A stretch of DNA of 64,000 nt from Vicugna vicugna (GCA_013265495.1 MU060042.1:4708258-4772257); one strand, 5' to 3'. Positions 1 through 9,599 are shown, counted from the stretch's first letter. Numbers and translations: made by a program. Notes: generated by a model not told the origin, from the letters alone.

Positions 1-791
1 GTCCTTAAGCAACAACCCCGTCTTTCTCTGGCAACAAAGGCATGTGGTCTCTATGAATTCACTTGCCATTTCTGGCTCTCAAAACAATATGCCTGCTCAA
101 GGCTCTCCCTGAATGTCAACTCCCGGCCACACAGAGGGCGAGTGCGCTGGCGCATTCCGAGGACTGGGGGCGCCGCTAACCCCAGGGGAGGGGAACAAGC
201 AGCCACATGTCCCTGGGCTCCCTTCGGCCTCACATGACTGTACCCTAACGGCCTACTCTGTGCAGCTGAGCAGAGTGACCGCTCCCCCCGACAGGCCAGC
301 GGAGCCAGGCCGCCGCTCAGGGCTGGGGTGCACTGAGCGGCCGGCGCCCCTTAGATGGTTATCTTAGGAGCAGAAAATGGGGAAATGGGCTTTTACAATC
401 ATCAAGCCTTCGGATTCACATCTTTTCTCAGACTTTCATCCGAAGGACCTTTCCAGCATGTGATAAAACGACGGCTCTCCTGACTTACAAGGAGAACAAG
501 GCGAACAATGAGCCACGCTAATAAGCACCCCGACCTCGCCGCCCTGCGGCTGTGCCGCTGGAGAGAGCGTGTTTACACTCACGCCTCCAGGGTTTAAAAG
601 CAAAGAACCCACAATGGAAGGGGTGACCTGAACGAACACTGCCAGGAACCCCCCACTGGCGCATTTGCAGCAAAGTGATTCCGCAGGCCCGTGAGCCTGG
701 CCTGTGTCTGTGATGAGCAGCTGGTCTGTGACACACGGGACTTGAATGGGGTTCTGTGGCATCAAACGGCAAAGCTGTGCAGTTTTAAATC

Positions 792-797
792 TTTATT
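792..797 (-). terminator. Candidate polyadenylation signal AATAAA for read-through Golli transcripts
   Basis: TTTATT on the plus strand. The minus-strand downstream sequence is U/GU-rich (GCTTTGCCGTTTGATG). It lies about 1.8 kb past the VSSEE stop. Confidence 0.35.
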
Positions 798-2187
798 CAA
801 CATCCAGTCGTGAACAGGATGGACACTTTGAAAGTGCAAAAACAAGTCTTTAAATGTTGTTTTAGTTTTTTAAAATCCTGCGGAAATGTTTTGATTTCTC
901 TGGACCCTCGATGATCCAGCAAGATGATTTTGCAAAGTGGAGGCCCACTTCGGAGACTGGGGTCTTTCTTTGGGAATGTCGAAGACGAGACTAAATGCGA
1001 TGAAGCCTGTACTTTTACATAAAGGAAGGGAAACAGGGGCGCAGACCAGGGGCTCAGTCTGAGAGAAGGGCACAGGGGCCGGCCCGCGCGCTCACAGCCG
1101 CCCCGCGGCGGGGCTGCCCTGTAGCGCACGCCGCGGCTGCTGCGCCCTTCCGCGCGGGCTGGGCGGGCTCTTCCTGCGCCTCGCGGGAAGCAGAGCGGCG
1201 TAAGGGCTCAGGACGGGAGGGGTCGCACGCGTGCCAGGTGCTTGGCACAACAGCGAGGTTTGCTTTGACAGCTGTGCTTGAAATTAGCATTAGACCCACA
1301 TTTCAGGGTGAGGGGAGACAGCCCCGCGTCCAGGACACCCGAGGAACCCATCAGAGAATGAATTCTGTCAGCACGTCAGGTACCTCGAGCGCCACTCACG
1401 CGAGGTCCTGCCAAGCGTCAAGTGACAGGTCTCAGCTCTGAGCAGGTGCCAGAGAGGCTGGCCGGGCCCAGAACCTTGACGCCTTAATACAAAAGGTGGA
1501 GCGACACCTGAGATCGTCTCCAACCGTTTCAGATCGTCATTTTAAGACTTAAAGGCAGAGACTAAAGCAAATTCGAGAAGCACCTCCACTCCCGGTGCCC
1601 CCATGTTGACCACGTTCCGTTAGGATGCCGGGGGCCTCTGCTCCAGAGCCTCGGACGTTCCCTTTCAGGCCTTTCAGCTTAAGCACAGGGCACGGCCGGA
1701 AGCCTGGCTGCCTCTCAGGTGCTCGGTGAGCACACCTGATAAACCGAGATTTTAGCAAAACCTCACTCCTCCCAAAATGGCCCACCTGTATGACACCCTA
1801 AGAAGTCGGGGGCCATGCATGCCATGTGTTTGCCATCCGATGCCCCTTGGGGATTAGCTCTGCAGTGAGATGCCAGCCACAGACGACCTCCCCCCCACCC
1901 AGCCCAGAAGCCAGCGTCGCAAACCGACCACAATAGGAGCATTTTTCTCTTGTGACATGCTTTTATCTGCAGAACACTTAAAGAGACTTCACAAATGCTA
2001 TACTCAAACTAATGGAATACCGAAATAACACAGTTTTGATTCACAGGCACATCCATCTATTCCCCCACACTCATTTCTTCCCCCAAACAACTCACTCAGG
2101 CAGAAAAGAACATCCACTCAAGGCGAATTTAAATTTCGAGTTTGTTCAAAAGTCCTCAATCAACACGAAGCTAGCAGCACTGAGTCC

Positions 2188-2214
2188 AAAAAAAAAAAAA
2201 AAAAAAAAAAAAAA
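2188..2214. repeat. Poly(A)27 tract (U27 in the read-through 3'UTR)
   Basis: Uninterrupted run of 27 A. Confidence 0.95.
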
Positions 2215-2616
2215 CACTGGCCGACCCCCAGGTGAAGCCCCAGAGCGTGGGCAGAGCCAGCACAACAGCCACAAAGCCCCAGCATGAGACACAGAAGCCC
2301 CCAGAACGCGATGCTCTTTCTGTGGCGCCCACAGGCACGCCCACCCCAGAGACGGGGTTCACATGCTCTCCAGTCCGGGGCTGCGTCCCGACCGCGGCCC
2401 TTGGGAGCAGGGGCAGAAGCGTGGGCTACGGGGAAATACGAGAAGCAGAGACCCAGGCCACCCCCCCGCCGCGGACCTGATAGCATCTCCAGCGAGGACC
2501 ACTGTCCCCCGACAGCACAGAGGCCGGCCCACGTCCCCCCTGAGGGCTGAGCTCGCCTGCGGCCCCTTCCTTTCCGTCTACACCACGGCGGCCGCACGCA
2601 CTCCGGGCTCCTCTCT

Positions 2617-2634
2617 CTACTCCTCAGAGCTCAC
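2617..2634 (-). CDS. MBP: Read-through (exon 5c) tail VSSEE-stop of the BG21/HOG5-type Golli isoform, 197 aa in total
   Basis: GTG AGC TCT GAG GAG TAG follows the donor in frame. Human Golli isoform 2 is recalled as 197 aa ending GSGKVSSEE, and 133+59+5 = 197. Confidence 0.88.
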
Positions 2635-2811
2635 CTTGCCTGAGCCCCGCTTGGGCGCGCCCCTGTCGGCGCCAAAGAAGCGGCCGAGGGAGTCGAGGAT
2701 GCCCGTGTCTCTGTGCCTGGGGAGGAAGGCGTGCCTGGCGTGGTCCATGGTGCTCGCCGAGGCCAGGTACTTGGATCCGTGCCTCTGGGAGGGTCTCTTC
2801 TGTGTGGCCAT
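2635..2811 (-). CDS. MBP: Classic myelin basic protein, first coding exon (59 codons, [59 protein letters not shown])
   Basis: Unmistakable MBP N-terminal sequence. The ATG is at 2811-2809, and 177 nt run to the GT donor at 2634-2633. Confidence 0.98.
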
Positions 2812-3071
2812 CACATCCAGGCCCTCCGGAGCAGCGGCACTGTCTTCTTGGATGGTCTGAAGCTCGTCTGACTCTGAAGGCCTGTCTTTGAAGGTGTTGT
2901 CCTCCCTCCCCGGGGCATCTCGGGAAAAGAGGCGGATTAAGTGGGGGCGGCCCCCGGGGTCAGCTGGGTTGGCGTCGGGCCAGGCATTCTTTGGGTCCGC
3001 TGTGCGCTTGGAGTCTGTCACCGCTGTGTCCTGCGAGGGGGTCCCATTGTTCTGGTCCGCATCTGCCTCGC
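2635..3071 (-). CDS. MBP: Golli-MBP exon 5 (5a+5b, 437 nt): EADADQNNG...EGLDV continuing in frame into MATQKRP...GSGK
   Basis: Lies inside ORF 2617..3174(-). The acceptor is ctgttgtttgcag|GC GAG GCA and the donor is GGCAAG|gtgagc. Exons 2+3+5a give 17+30+86 = 133 aa, the known Golli domain length. Confidence 0.98.
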
Positions 3072-3160
3072 CTGCAAACAACAGTGAGATGTGAATACGG
3101 CCGTGCAAAGCAGGGCGCGGACAATACAGCTTTCTTCCCGGGCTGGTGGACCGGCCGTGC
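2850..3160 (-). promoter_or_regulatory. MBP: Classic MBP proximal promoter (TSS3, module M1), embedded in Golli coding exon 5a
   Basis: TATA-like TTCAAA at 2887-2892(-), GC box GGGGCGG at 2944-2950, NFI site TTGGC-N5-GCCAG at 2969-2983, and SOX site AACAATG at 3045-3051(-). This matches the established architecture of the rodent and human MBP promoter. Confidence 0.85.
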
Positions 3161-3865
3161 CCTACAAAATCCACAGGATGCGCGGAGCGCCCTGACCGCC
3201 TCGGGCAGACCTGGCCTGAGCACCCTGCCTGCAGCCCTGTGTCTCAGAGGCCCTGGGGATGGCCTCAGGTGCTCCAGATTTGGCACCAGGCCTTCCCAGA
3301 AAACTGGCCGGAGCCAACCCAGCAAAGGCGCACACTCTCCCCTGGGTACTGTCCTCGCTGCGGGGAGACGCCGGGACTGCAGGCACATTTATGGGACGTT
3401 TACTGTCTAAACGGCCACTGTGCATAAGCTAAGTGTGTGGTGAGCAGGCATTTGACAAAAGGTATTTTTAGTGTCCTTGCTAAAAATGGAACCTCCCACA
3501 TATTTGGCAATTCACACCTTACAGAAATGGGGCATTTAGAATTTTTTAGTTTCCAGATTCCACAAGAGGCCTCTTGCAGGAGAGAATTGCTTATTCAGGA
3601 CATTTTGAGTTGGTTTCTTTTCTGTAAGTGGTGATAGTCAGAGAGCTGACATGGGAATGGGAGGTTTCAGGTTGCAGACCACTGCCCCTCAGCTTCCCGC
3701 AGAAATAGCCTTTCTCTCAAGACTGAGGTGGGAGTAAATGAATGTCGTTTAGCTAGTTTCCCTTCCAGAGTTTATTGTTTATCCACAGAAAATGTGATTT
3801 ACTCACACTTTCCTGTAATATCATCCAGCCATCGAACCTCCCGACAACCTGTTCACTGATGTTTA

Positions 3866-4205
3866 CCAACATCATCCACCCCTCCATCCTCCCAGCCCCC
3901 CACCCATCCACTCATCCACCCACCCCTCCATCCTCCCAGCCCCCCACCCATCCANNNNNNNNNNNNNNNNNNNNNNNNNNNNNNNNNNNNNNNNNNNNNN
4001 NNNNNNNNNNNNNNNNNNNNNNNNNNNNNNNNNNNNNNNNNNNNNNNNNNNNNNNNNNNNNNNNNNNNNNNNNNCCATCCTCCCAGCCTCCCACCCATCC
4101 ATCCTCCCAGCCCCCACCCATCCACTCATCCACCCACCCATTCACTTACCCGCTTATCCATCCCCAGCCACCGTCTATCCACCCATCCATCCATCCACCC
4201 TTCCA
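3866..4205. repeat. CCAT/CCAC-rich minisatellite ((TGGA)-like on the gene strand) spanning an assembly gap
   Basis: Recurrent units of about 24 nt (CCATCCTCCCAGCCCCCCACCCAT) plus CCAT tetramers on both sides of the N run. Confidence 0.9.
3955..4074. other. Assembly gap (120 N)
   Basis: N run inside the CCAT minisatellite. Confidence 0.99.
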
Positions 4206-4291
4206 TCCTTATTCAGTGCCTAGCAAGTGTCATGGACTGCACCATATGAGCAAGATGTGGTCGCTGTTGCACGGACACAGAGGACAACGCA

Positions 4292-4685
4292 TGCTGTGAG
4301 CTGAGTGTCCCCTCAGATGGTGCGCCCACACCCGGACCCCCAGGACCTCTGAATGTGAACTTATTTGGAAATAGGGTCTTTCGCAGAGTCATCAAGTTAA
4401 GATGGGCTTACACTGAAGAGGGGGCCCTGACCCAATGACTGCTGTCCCTCTAAGGAGACGGGGGTGGGACGCAGACAGACACTGCGAAGCGGTCATGTGA
4501 CCATGGGAGCAGAGCTGGCCTCATGTGTCTACAGGACACCTGGGACAGAGCGTCCCCAGAGCCTCGGGAGAGCATGGCCCTGCCACACCTGGCTGCAGAC
4601 TCGGCCTCCGGACCGCGAGGGAAGACGCTCCTGCTGCCCCAAGCCACCCGCCCTGGGCCCTTTTCTGTGGTGAGGTGGCCCCAGG
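4292..4685 (+). mobile_element. MaLR solo LTR (MLT1 family)
   Basis: GAATGTGAACTTATTTGGAAATAGGGTCTTTCGCAGAGTCATCAAGTTAAGATG...CCAATGACTGCTGTCCCTCTAAG...CATGGCCCTGCCACACC, all hallmark MLT1 segments. Confidence 0.85.
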
Positions 4686-5759
4686 AAGCAGGCACGACGT
4701 GTGACTCCATGTCAAGTGAGACACTTAAGGGAAGAGCCGGATGAGGGGCCTCAGGGAGGCTGCTTGAGGAACGTCGGGGTGAATGAGATGTGCATCCGCG
4801 GAGCAGGATGCCCCGGGCAGAGCTCCTCAGGAACGAGCTGGGCTGGTCCCCGAGGGAGAAGAAGAGAGGCCTGGAGCTGGGGGGGGGCCTGTGCAAGGCC
4901 TGAGGTGAGCTGGAGCTATGAGGTGAAGTGATGACATCTTCTAGGAAAGCGCCCAGAGACGGCCAAGGAACGGGGGGTGGGCGGGGCCAGATGTCAAGGG
5001 AGGCGAAGCTTCAGCCCGGGTGCAGGTGAGCTAGGCTGCAGGTAAGGGGTGCAGGTGAGCACAGGTGAGCACAGGTGGAAGTGGCTACGGTCCAAGGGAG
5101 AGGGAGGGTGCAGGGCCAAGGTTGTGTCCTTCTACGGCAAGAAGTTTCGGCCAATCTGGGGGATGATGGCAAGGGGCGTGGTTTCCTTTTGTTACCAATA
5201 TCTGGAAGCTTTTATATCCACAACACATACTTCAGAGATACATAAATTACAAAAGCCAAATGATTCCACACTCTGTCAGCAAAGTCACAGGGGTCAAGAG
5301 GCTGTCCCGTGAATGACACTCACCATGAAGTCAGTAGACTGACCCGTGTTTTCAAAGCAGAGTAACTTGCTCCCCAGGGATATCGTAGACGTTTGCTGGG
5401 GTCCCAGAGCAAGACCAGCAGCCAGACCCCGGGACCCCGCTGTGGTCCTGCTCTTGCTCCTGGGGTGCGTGTGCACGGCTCTCAGCTGCGCCTAATGCCA
5501 GCCGTGCCACCAGCCTCAGAAACACACCACTAAGAATATGGCACGTCTTTCACGGCCACGGATAAATTCAGCCACAGAGCACACCAGTATTTATCTCCCA
5601 TCTAACCCCCCCCCCACACCTCGCAGCAGCATGAAGCAGCGACTGGAATCTGCCATGGCCGGCTTGGAGCTGCGGGCTCCTGCTGGGCCGCGGTGCGCAT
5701 CTACAGGTGCCCACGGAAGGAGCCTGATTTTGTCGCTGGGCTTCAGCTTGCGTGGCTGA

Positions 5760-6060
5760 TATAAGTTAACGCAAATGCAGAGAGTCGGCAATGGCTGCAT
5801 TGTGCGTGATTCAATGCGTTAATGAAACCCGAGCGCATCTGAATACTAACGTTTTCACCACAGTGAGCCTTTGTGTCCCTGAATATGGCTGTTTGTGAGG
5901 CACAGAAGGGCGTTTGTGTCCCGAGAGGAGCTTCTCCCGGGACACAAGGGGCACCGGGAGAAGCGAAAATCTGTGGATCTGCAGCATTTTGGGGAAGGAC
6001 AAGTGCAGTTTGAATTTGCCAATTAATAACAGCTTTACTCAAATTAAAGCCCGGTGCGGA
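5760..6060. promoter_or_regulatory. Candidate oligodendrocyte enhancer (possible M3-like module)
   Basis: About 3 kb upstream of the classic TSS. It has an inverted SOX pair CAATG-N4-CATTG (5789-5802), CACAGTG-N3-CTTTGTG (5859-5875), further TTTGT motifs, and AATTAAT/AATTAA homeodomain cores. Module identity is inferred from position only. Confidence 0.45.
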
Positions 6061-7379
6061 GTTTTCATCTAGACTCGAGTCACAGGGCGGAGCACTTGCT
6101 GCGTGACCGGAGAGGCCTGTATCCGGCTTTCCCAGAACGTGCCCGTGTGAGGCACTCTCTCGGTGTTCAGATTCTGTAGGAAACTGCAAGAAAACTTCTT
6201 TGAAAAGCCCACCTCATCTCTCCACTAAAATGACCCCAGAAAACTGGGGAGCGCAGGAAATGCACTGGACTTTTGAGGATGGTGACGCGAAAGTCAGGGC
6301 ACGGCTTCCCGGACCGTCTCTGAGACACAGTGGAGAGGGGTTTCTGGGCCACAGAGACACCCAGCAGGACAGGGTGGAGCTAGTGGGGCAGTGTCTACTG
6401 TCCGGAGAGACCACAGGTGTCACCACCCGAGGGACGCTCCCACCCAGAGTCTCGGGTACCCCTGAGGCCCGTGCGTCGCGGGCTCCCCTCCCGCCGCATC
6501 CCAGCAGGCAGGCGCCCTGGGTCTGCAGCATTGCCTCCGGCTGCCACACCGCTGACCGCAGCTGCCTTTTGCCGCCTTAGCTGGGTCTGCTACGAGGTCT
6601 CCGCTGAGCCCCCATGTCTCGTGGCGCGTGGGGCACCCCCCGCACAGCGCTCTGGCGTGACCGTGATGATCTCCAGCCCAAGGCTCCCCTGCCTCGGGCC
6701 CTGAGGGAGCCGCCTCCTCACACCAGCCAGGCCCGACTGGCCCCGTCCCAGCGCCTGCACCCCTCTCCCCATCCTTGGCCTCTGTCGTCCTGACAAGGCT
6801 GCTGGGCCTGCCTCGCGTCCCACCCTGACCCTGACCCTGACCTGCCTGGGAGGCCCGCCCTGTCGGAACCTGGGGCTCCTCGCGTGTCCAAGGCCCATCT
6901 TGCCCAGGAGGCCACCGGCAGGGCTGGGCCCTCGGCTGCTGCTCGGGGTGGAGCGAGTGGGCAGCTGCAGTCTCTGGGCCAGAGGGTCCGCAGCTCTTGA
7001 TTCTGGGACACTTAAGAATCCAGCAGACTCCCCGGCCTGTGAAAGTTCTGGCCCCAAGAATGACACTGACTTCTCAGCTCCCACTCTGCCTCCCGCCTCC
7101 AGCACCGACCGCACAGAGGGGCTTTGGCACAGGTAACACTTCCTGTACCCTCACTTCCCCCCACAGGACGTCCATCAGATATTTTGATAGATAATAAAAT
7201 TTGTTTATTCATTTTGAGGGTTTTTACCTACATTTTAACCTTGGCTTTATGAAACAACTATTTTTGGTGGCAGATCTTACTAGGTTTACAGCCCAGATTT
7301 CAATTTTAGTTGTTTGGAAGATTTTCAGTTCTTATTAAGTTACAGGGAAAAAAAAACCCTAAAACCAAAGTCAGCAGGA

Positions 7380-7500
7380 GGGGAGGGCGTTGCAGTTCAG
7401 GTAGAGTCGTGCTTAGCACGCACGCGGCCCTGGTTCAATCCCTGGTACCGCTGCTAAAGCAATAAGCAAACCTCATCACTGCCCCAGACGAGCACTAAAG
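7380..7500 (+). mobile_element. tRNA-derived SINE (camelid vic-1-like), degenerate
   Basis: GGGAGGGCGTTGCAGTTCAGGTAGAG...CTTAGCACGCACG...GGTTCAATCCCTGG, with A-box and B-box remnants and an A-rich tail. Confidence 0.7.
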
Positions 7501-9599
7501 CCGAAGTCAAAAATCAGTCTGATTAGCTCGGTCTGCCCCCATCACAGGGACGTCTCCCGACTCAAGGCCACGGGCTCCCAGTTCACTGTGTCCCACACTT
7601 CTTCCTGGAGGGCCTGATGGATACGATCTCCTGAGGTGCCCCGCAGACGCCCCCCCCAAACCACGTCCTGGTCATCTCTGACAGGGCCTGGAGTGTGGAC
7701 GACAAGCTGGGGTTCGCCCTGTTGACACAGACGCCCAGGCAGTGGTCAGGAGGTCCACCCAGGTCATCAGGGGCCCTGCTGTCCAGCCTTTATTTTTCAC
7801 TTTCCGTGCTGCAGTGTCGTTGGGTGCCCGAGGCAGAAACCGCGCAGAGACCCGGCCTGGGAGGCTCTGTAGGGGGCGGTCTCCTCCTGGGCTGGGAGGA
7901 CCTTTGCACCAGGATGGGGACGCGGGCGCCGGGGCCCTCGGGAATGTCCCTCTAAACACACAGAGCTCGGAGCAGCTGTGAGCCCCCTGTCCTGGCGCAC
8001 TGAGCAGCTGTCTCCTGAAGTGACTCACTCTGGTATCCCAGCTCACGGCCCCCTGAGGAGCTGTTAACCCAGAACACATCCATACGTCCAGAGGCACCAA
8101 AACGGCTACTTTCCCAACTGTTCCGGTTGAGCCCTAGCTTCTAACTTGAAGCAGCGGCACAGAACAGATGCAAGGCGCCGTCGCTGTGGAAGCCACAAAA
8201 TGCAGGAAAGCTTTACTCATTTGGTCTTCGATTTGCTGTTTTTCAACTCACGGTTTTTAACTTATATTTTTAACTTATTTTTTTTAACTCATCTACTTTC
8301 CCCATCAAGCAGTATCTCACAGATGACTGAGACTGTAGAAGGCACCGCACAACGCAGGTGACCACAGCCAACACTGTTTCAGGCCCTGTCTCTCCGGGGC
8401 AAGTCAACGTGGCAAAGTAAGGATGCGCAGACCCAGGGCAAGTCCTTCAGGGAGGGCGACCTGGATCAGAAGAGGAGAGGAAATCTGAAGTCGCGTCCTT
8501 CAGAGTCAAGGAAGCTGTAAGGGGTACAGAGGCGGTGGTACGAACTAGGGAGACGTTATCCGATGCTCCAGCCCATTGCAGAAGGGACCCTGTTTCCGGA
8601 AAACCAAGAGAAGGCGATGCTGTTTCCGAAAGCCCAGAAAACCTATGCAGGAGCTTGGCCCCCAAACTGAAATACACAGCACAGCTTTCCTCGAGTGGTC
8701 TTCGTAGGTTGTGGTTCTCTTCTGGTGGGAAGATGGTTTGGGTCTGCAGTGGTGGAACTTTTACCCGGGGAAGCTTTGCGGATAAGCAGTAACTCCAGAC
8801 AAGGAACCCCGCTGGCCCTGCCTGTCCACTCCCAGCCCATCGGGCACCACTCAGAACCTCCGCTTCCTTCTGCAGAATATGCTCCAGTTCCCCTCCAAGC
8901 AGAGGTGCCGGGAAGCTGGAGAAAAAGGAGCAGACACTGGTACACCAGGTCGACCTGAGCCCTGGCCAGAGTCTCATTTTTGTTGATGGTATGAAATTGA
9001 TTGTTGACTATCTGAACAAAATTTCCATTTCTACTTTCTTGACACAGAGCGTGCTGATGTATGTTATCTGACAGGAGAACGTCTTGTCCCATCTCACGTG
9101 ATAATGCACACAAGACAGCAACACACCCGTTCCGTCTGTGGACCGTCAACCCCTCTCCATCTGGGTCGGGGCTGGAGGCGCCGCACTGGCTGCCCGGTGT
9201 GCGGTCTGCTGGGCTCCGATCAAACGCAGATCCGGCATCTCTCCTCCCTGAAGCGGCCTCCACGGAAGAGCCAGGCTTTGGCTGCAAAGAGCAGCTTGTA
9301 CTAGGGACAGCCAGTCTGGGGACCAGAGCTCCTGTCTGTCAAGTGAAGACAGGGGGGCCCATCCTGCAAGGGGGCTGCCTTACACTGACAGCCACAAACC
9401 AGGCTGTGAGCTCAGTGCCTTAGGCAGAACCTCAGGTTTAAAGGACGGGGCCAGGCGTGCAGGCTGGCAGGAGGAAGGGTGAGAGGGAGCCATCCTTCCC
9501 AGCTCACACTGCACTTGGCTGGATGCCCCATCTGAGCCAGAGGGGCACGGGGCACCTGCGTGTCTCCGATGCAGCCAGGCCGCTCTCTGCAGAGAAGCT

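Noticed and set aside
1231-1248. Inverted pair of MYRF-like motifs (GTGCCAG-N4-TTGGCAC)
   Set aside because: Falls in a MIR-like remnant (about 1230-1330) whose consensus already contains such words. There is no independent support.
1-2616. Downstream classic MBP exons (exon 6 VPWLK..., exon 7 DSHH...) and the A2RE RNA transport element
   Set aside because: Not found in any frame. They are expected beyond the left edge of the window.
3072-3174. N-terminal extension of ORF 2617..3174 (MDFVGHG...LLFA)
   Set aside because: Intronic sequence upstream of the exon 5 acceptor, starting at GTG and including the polypyrimidine tract. It is not part of the known protein.
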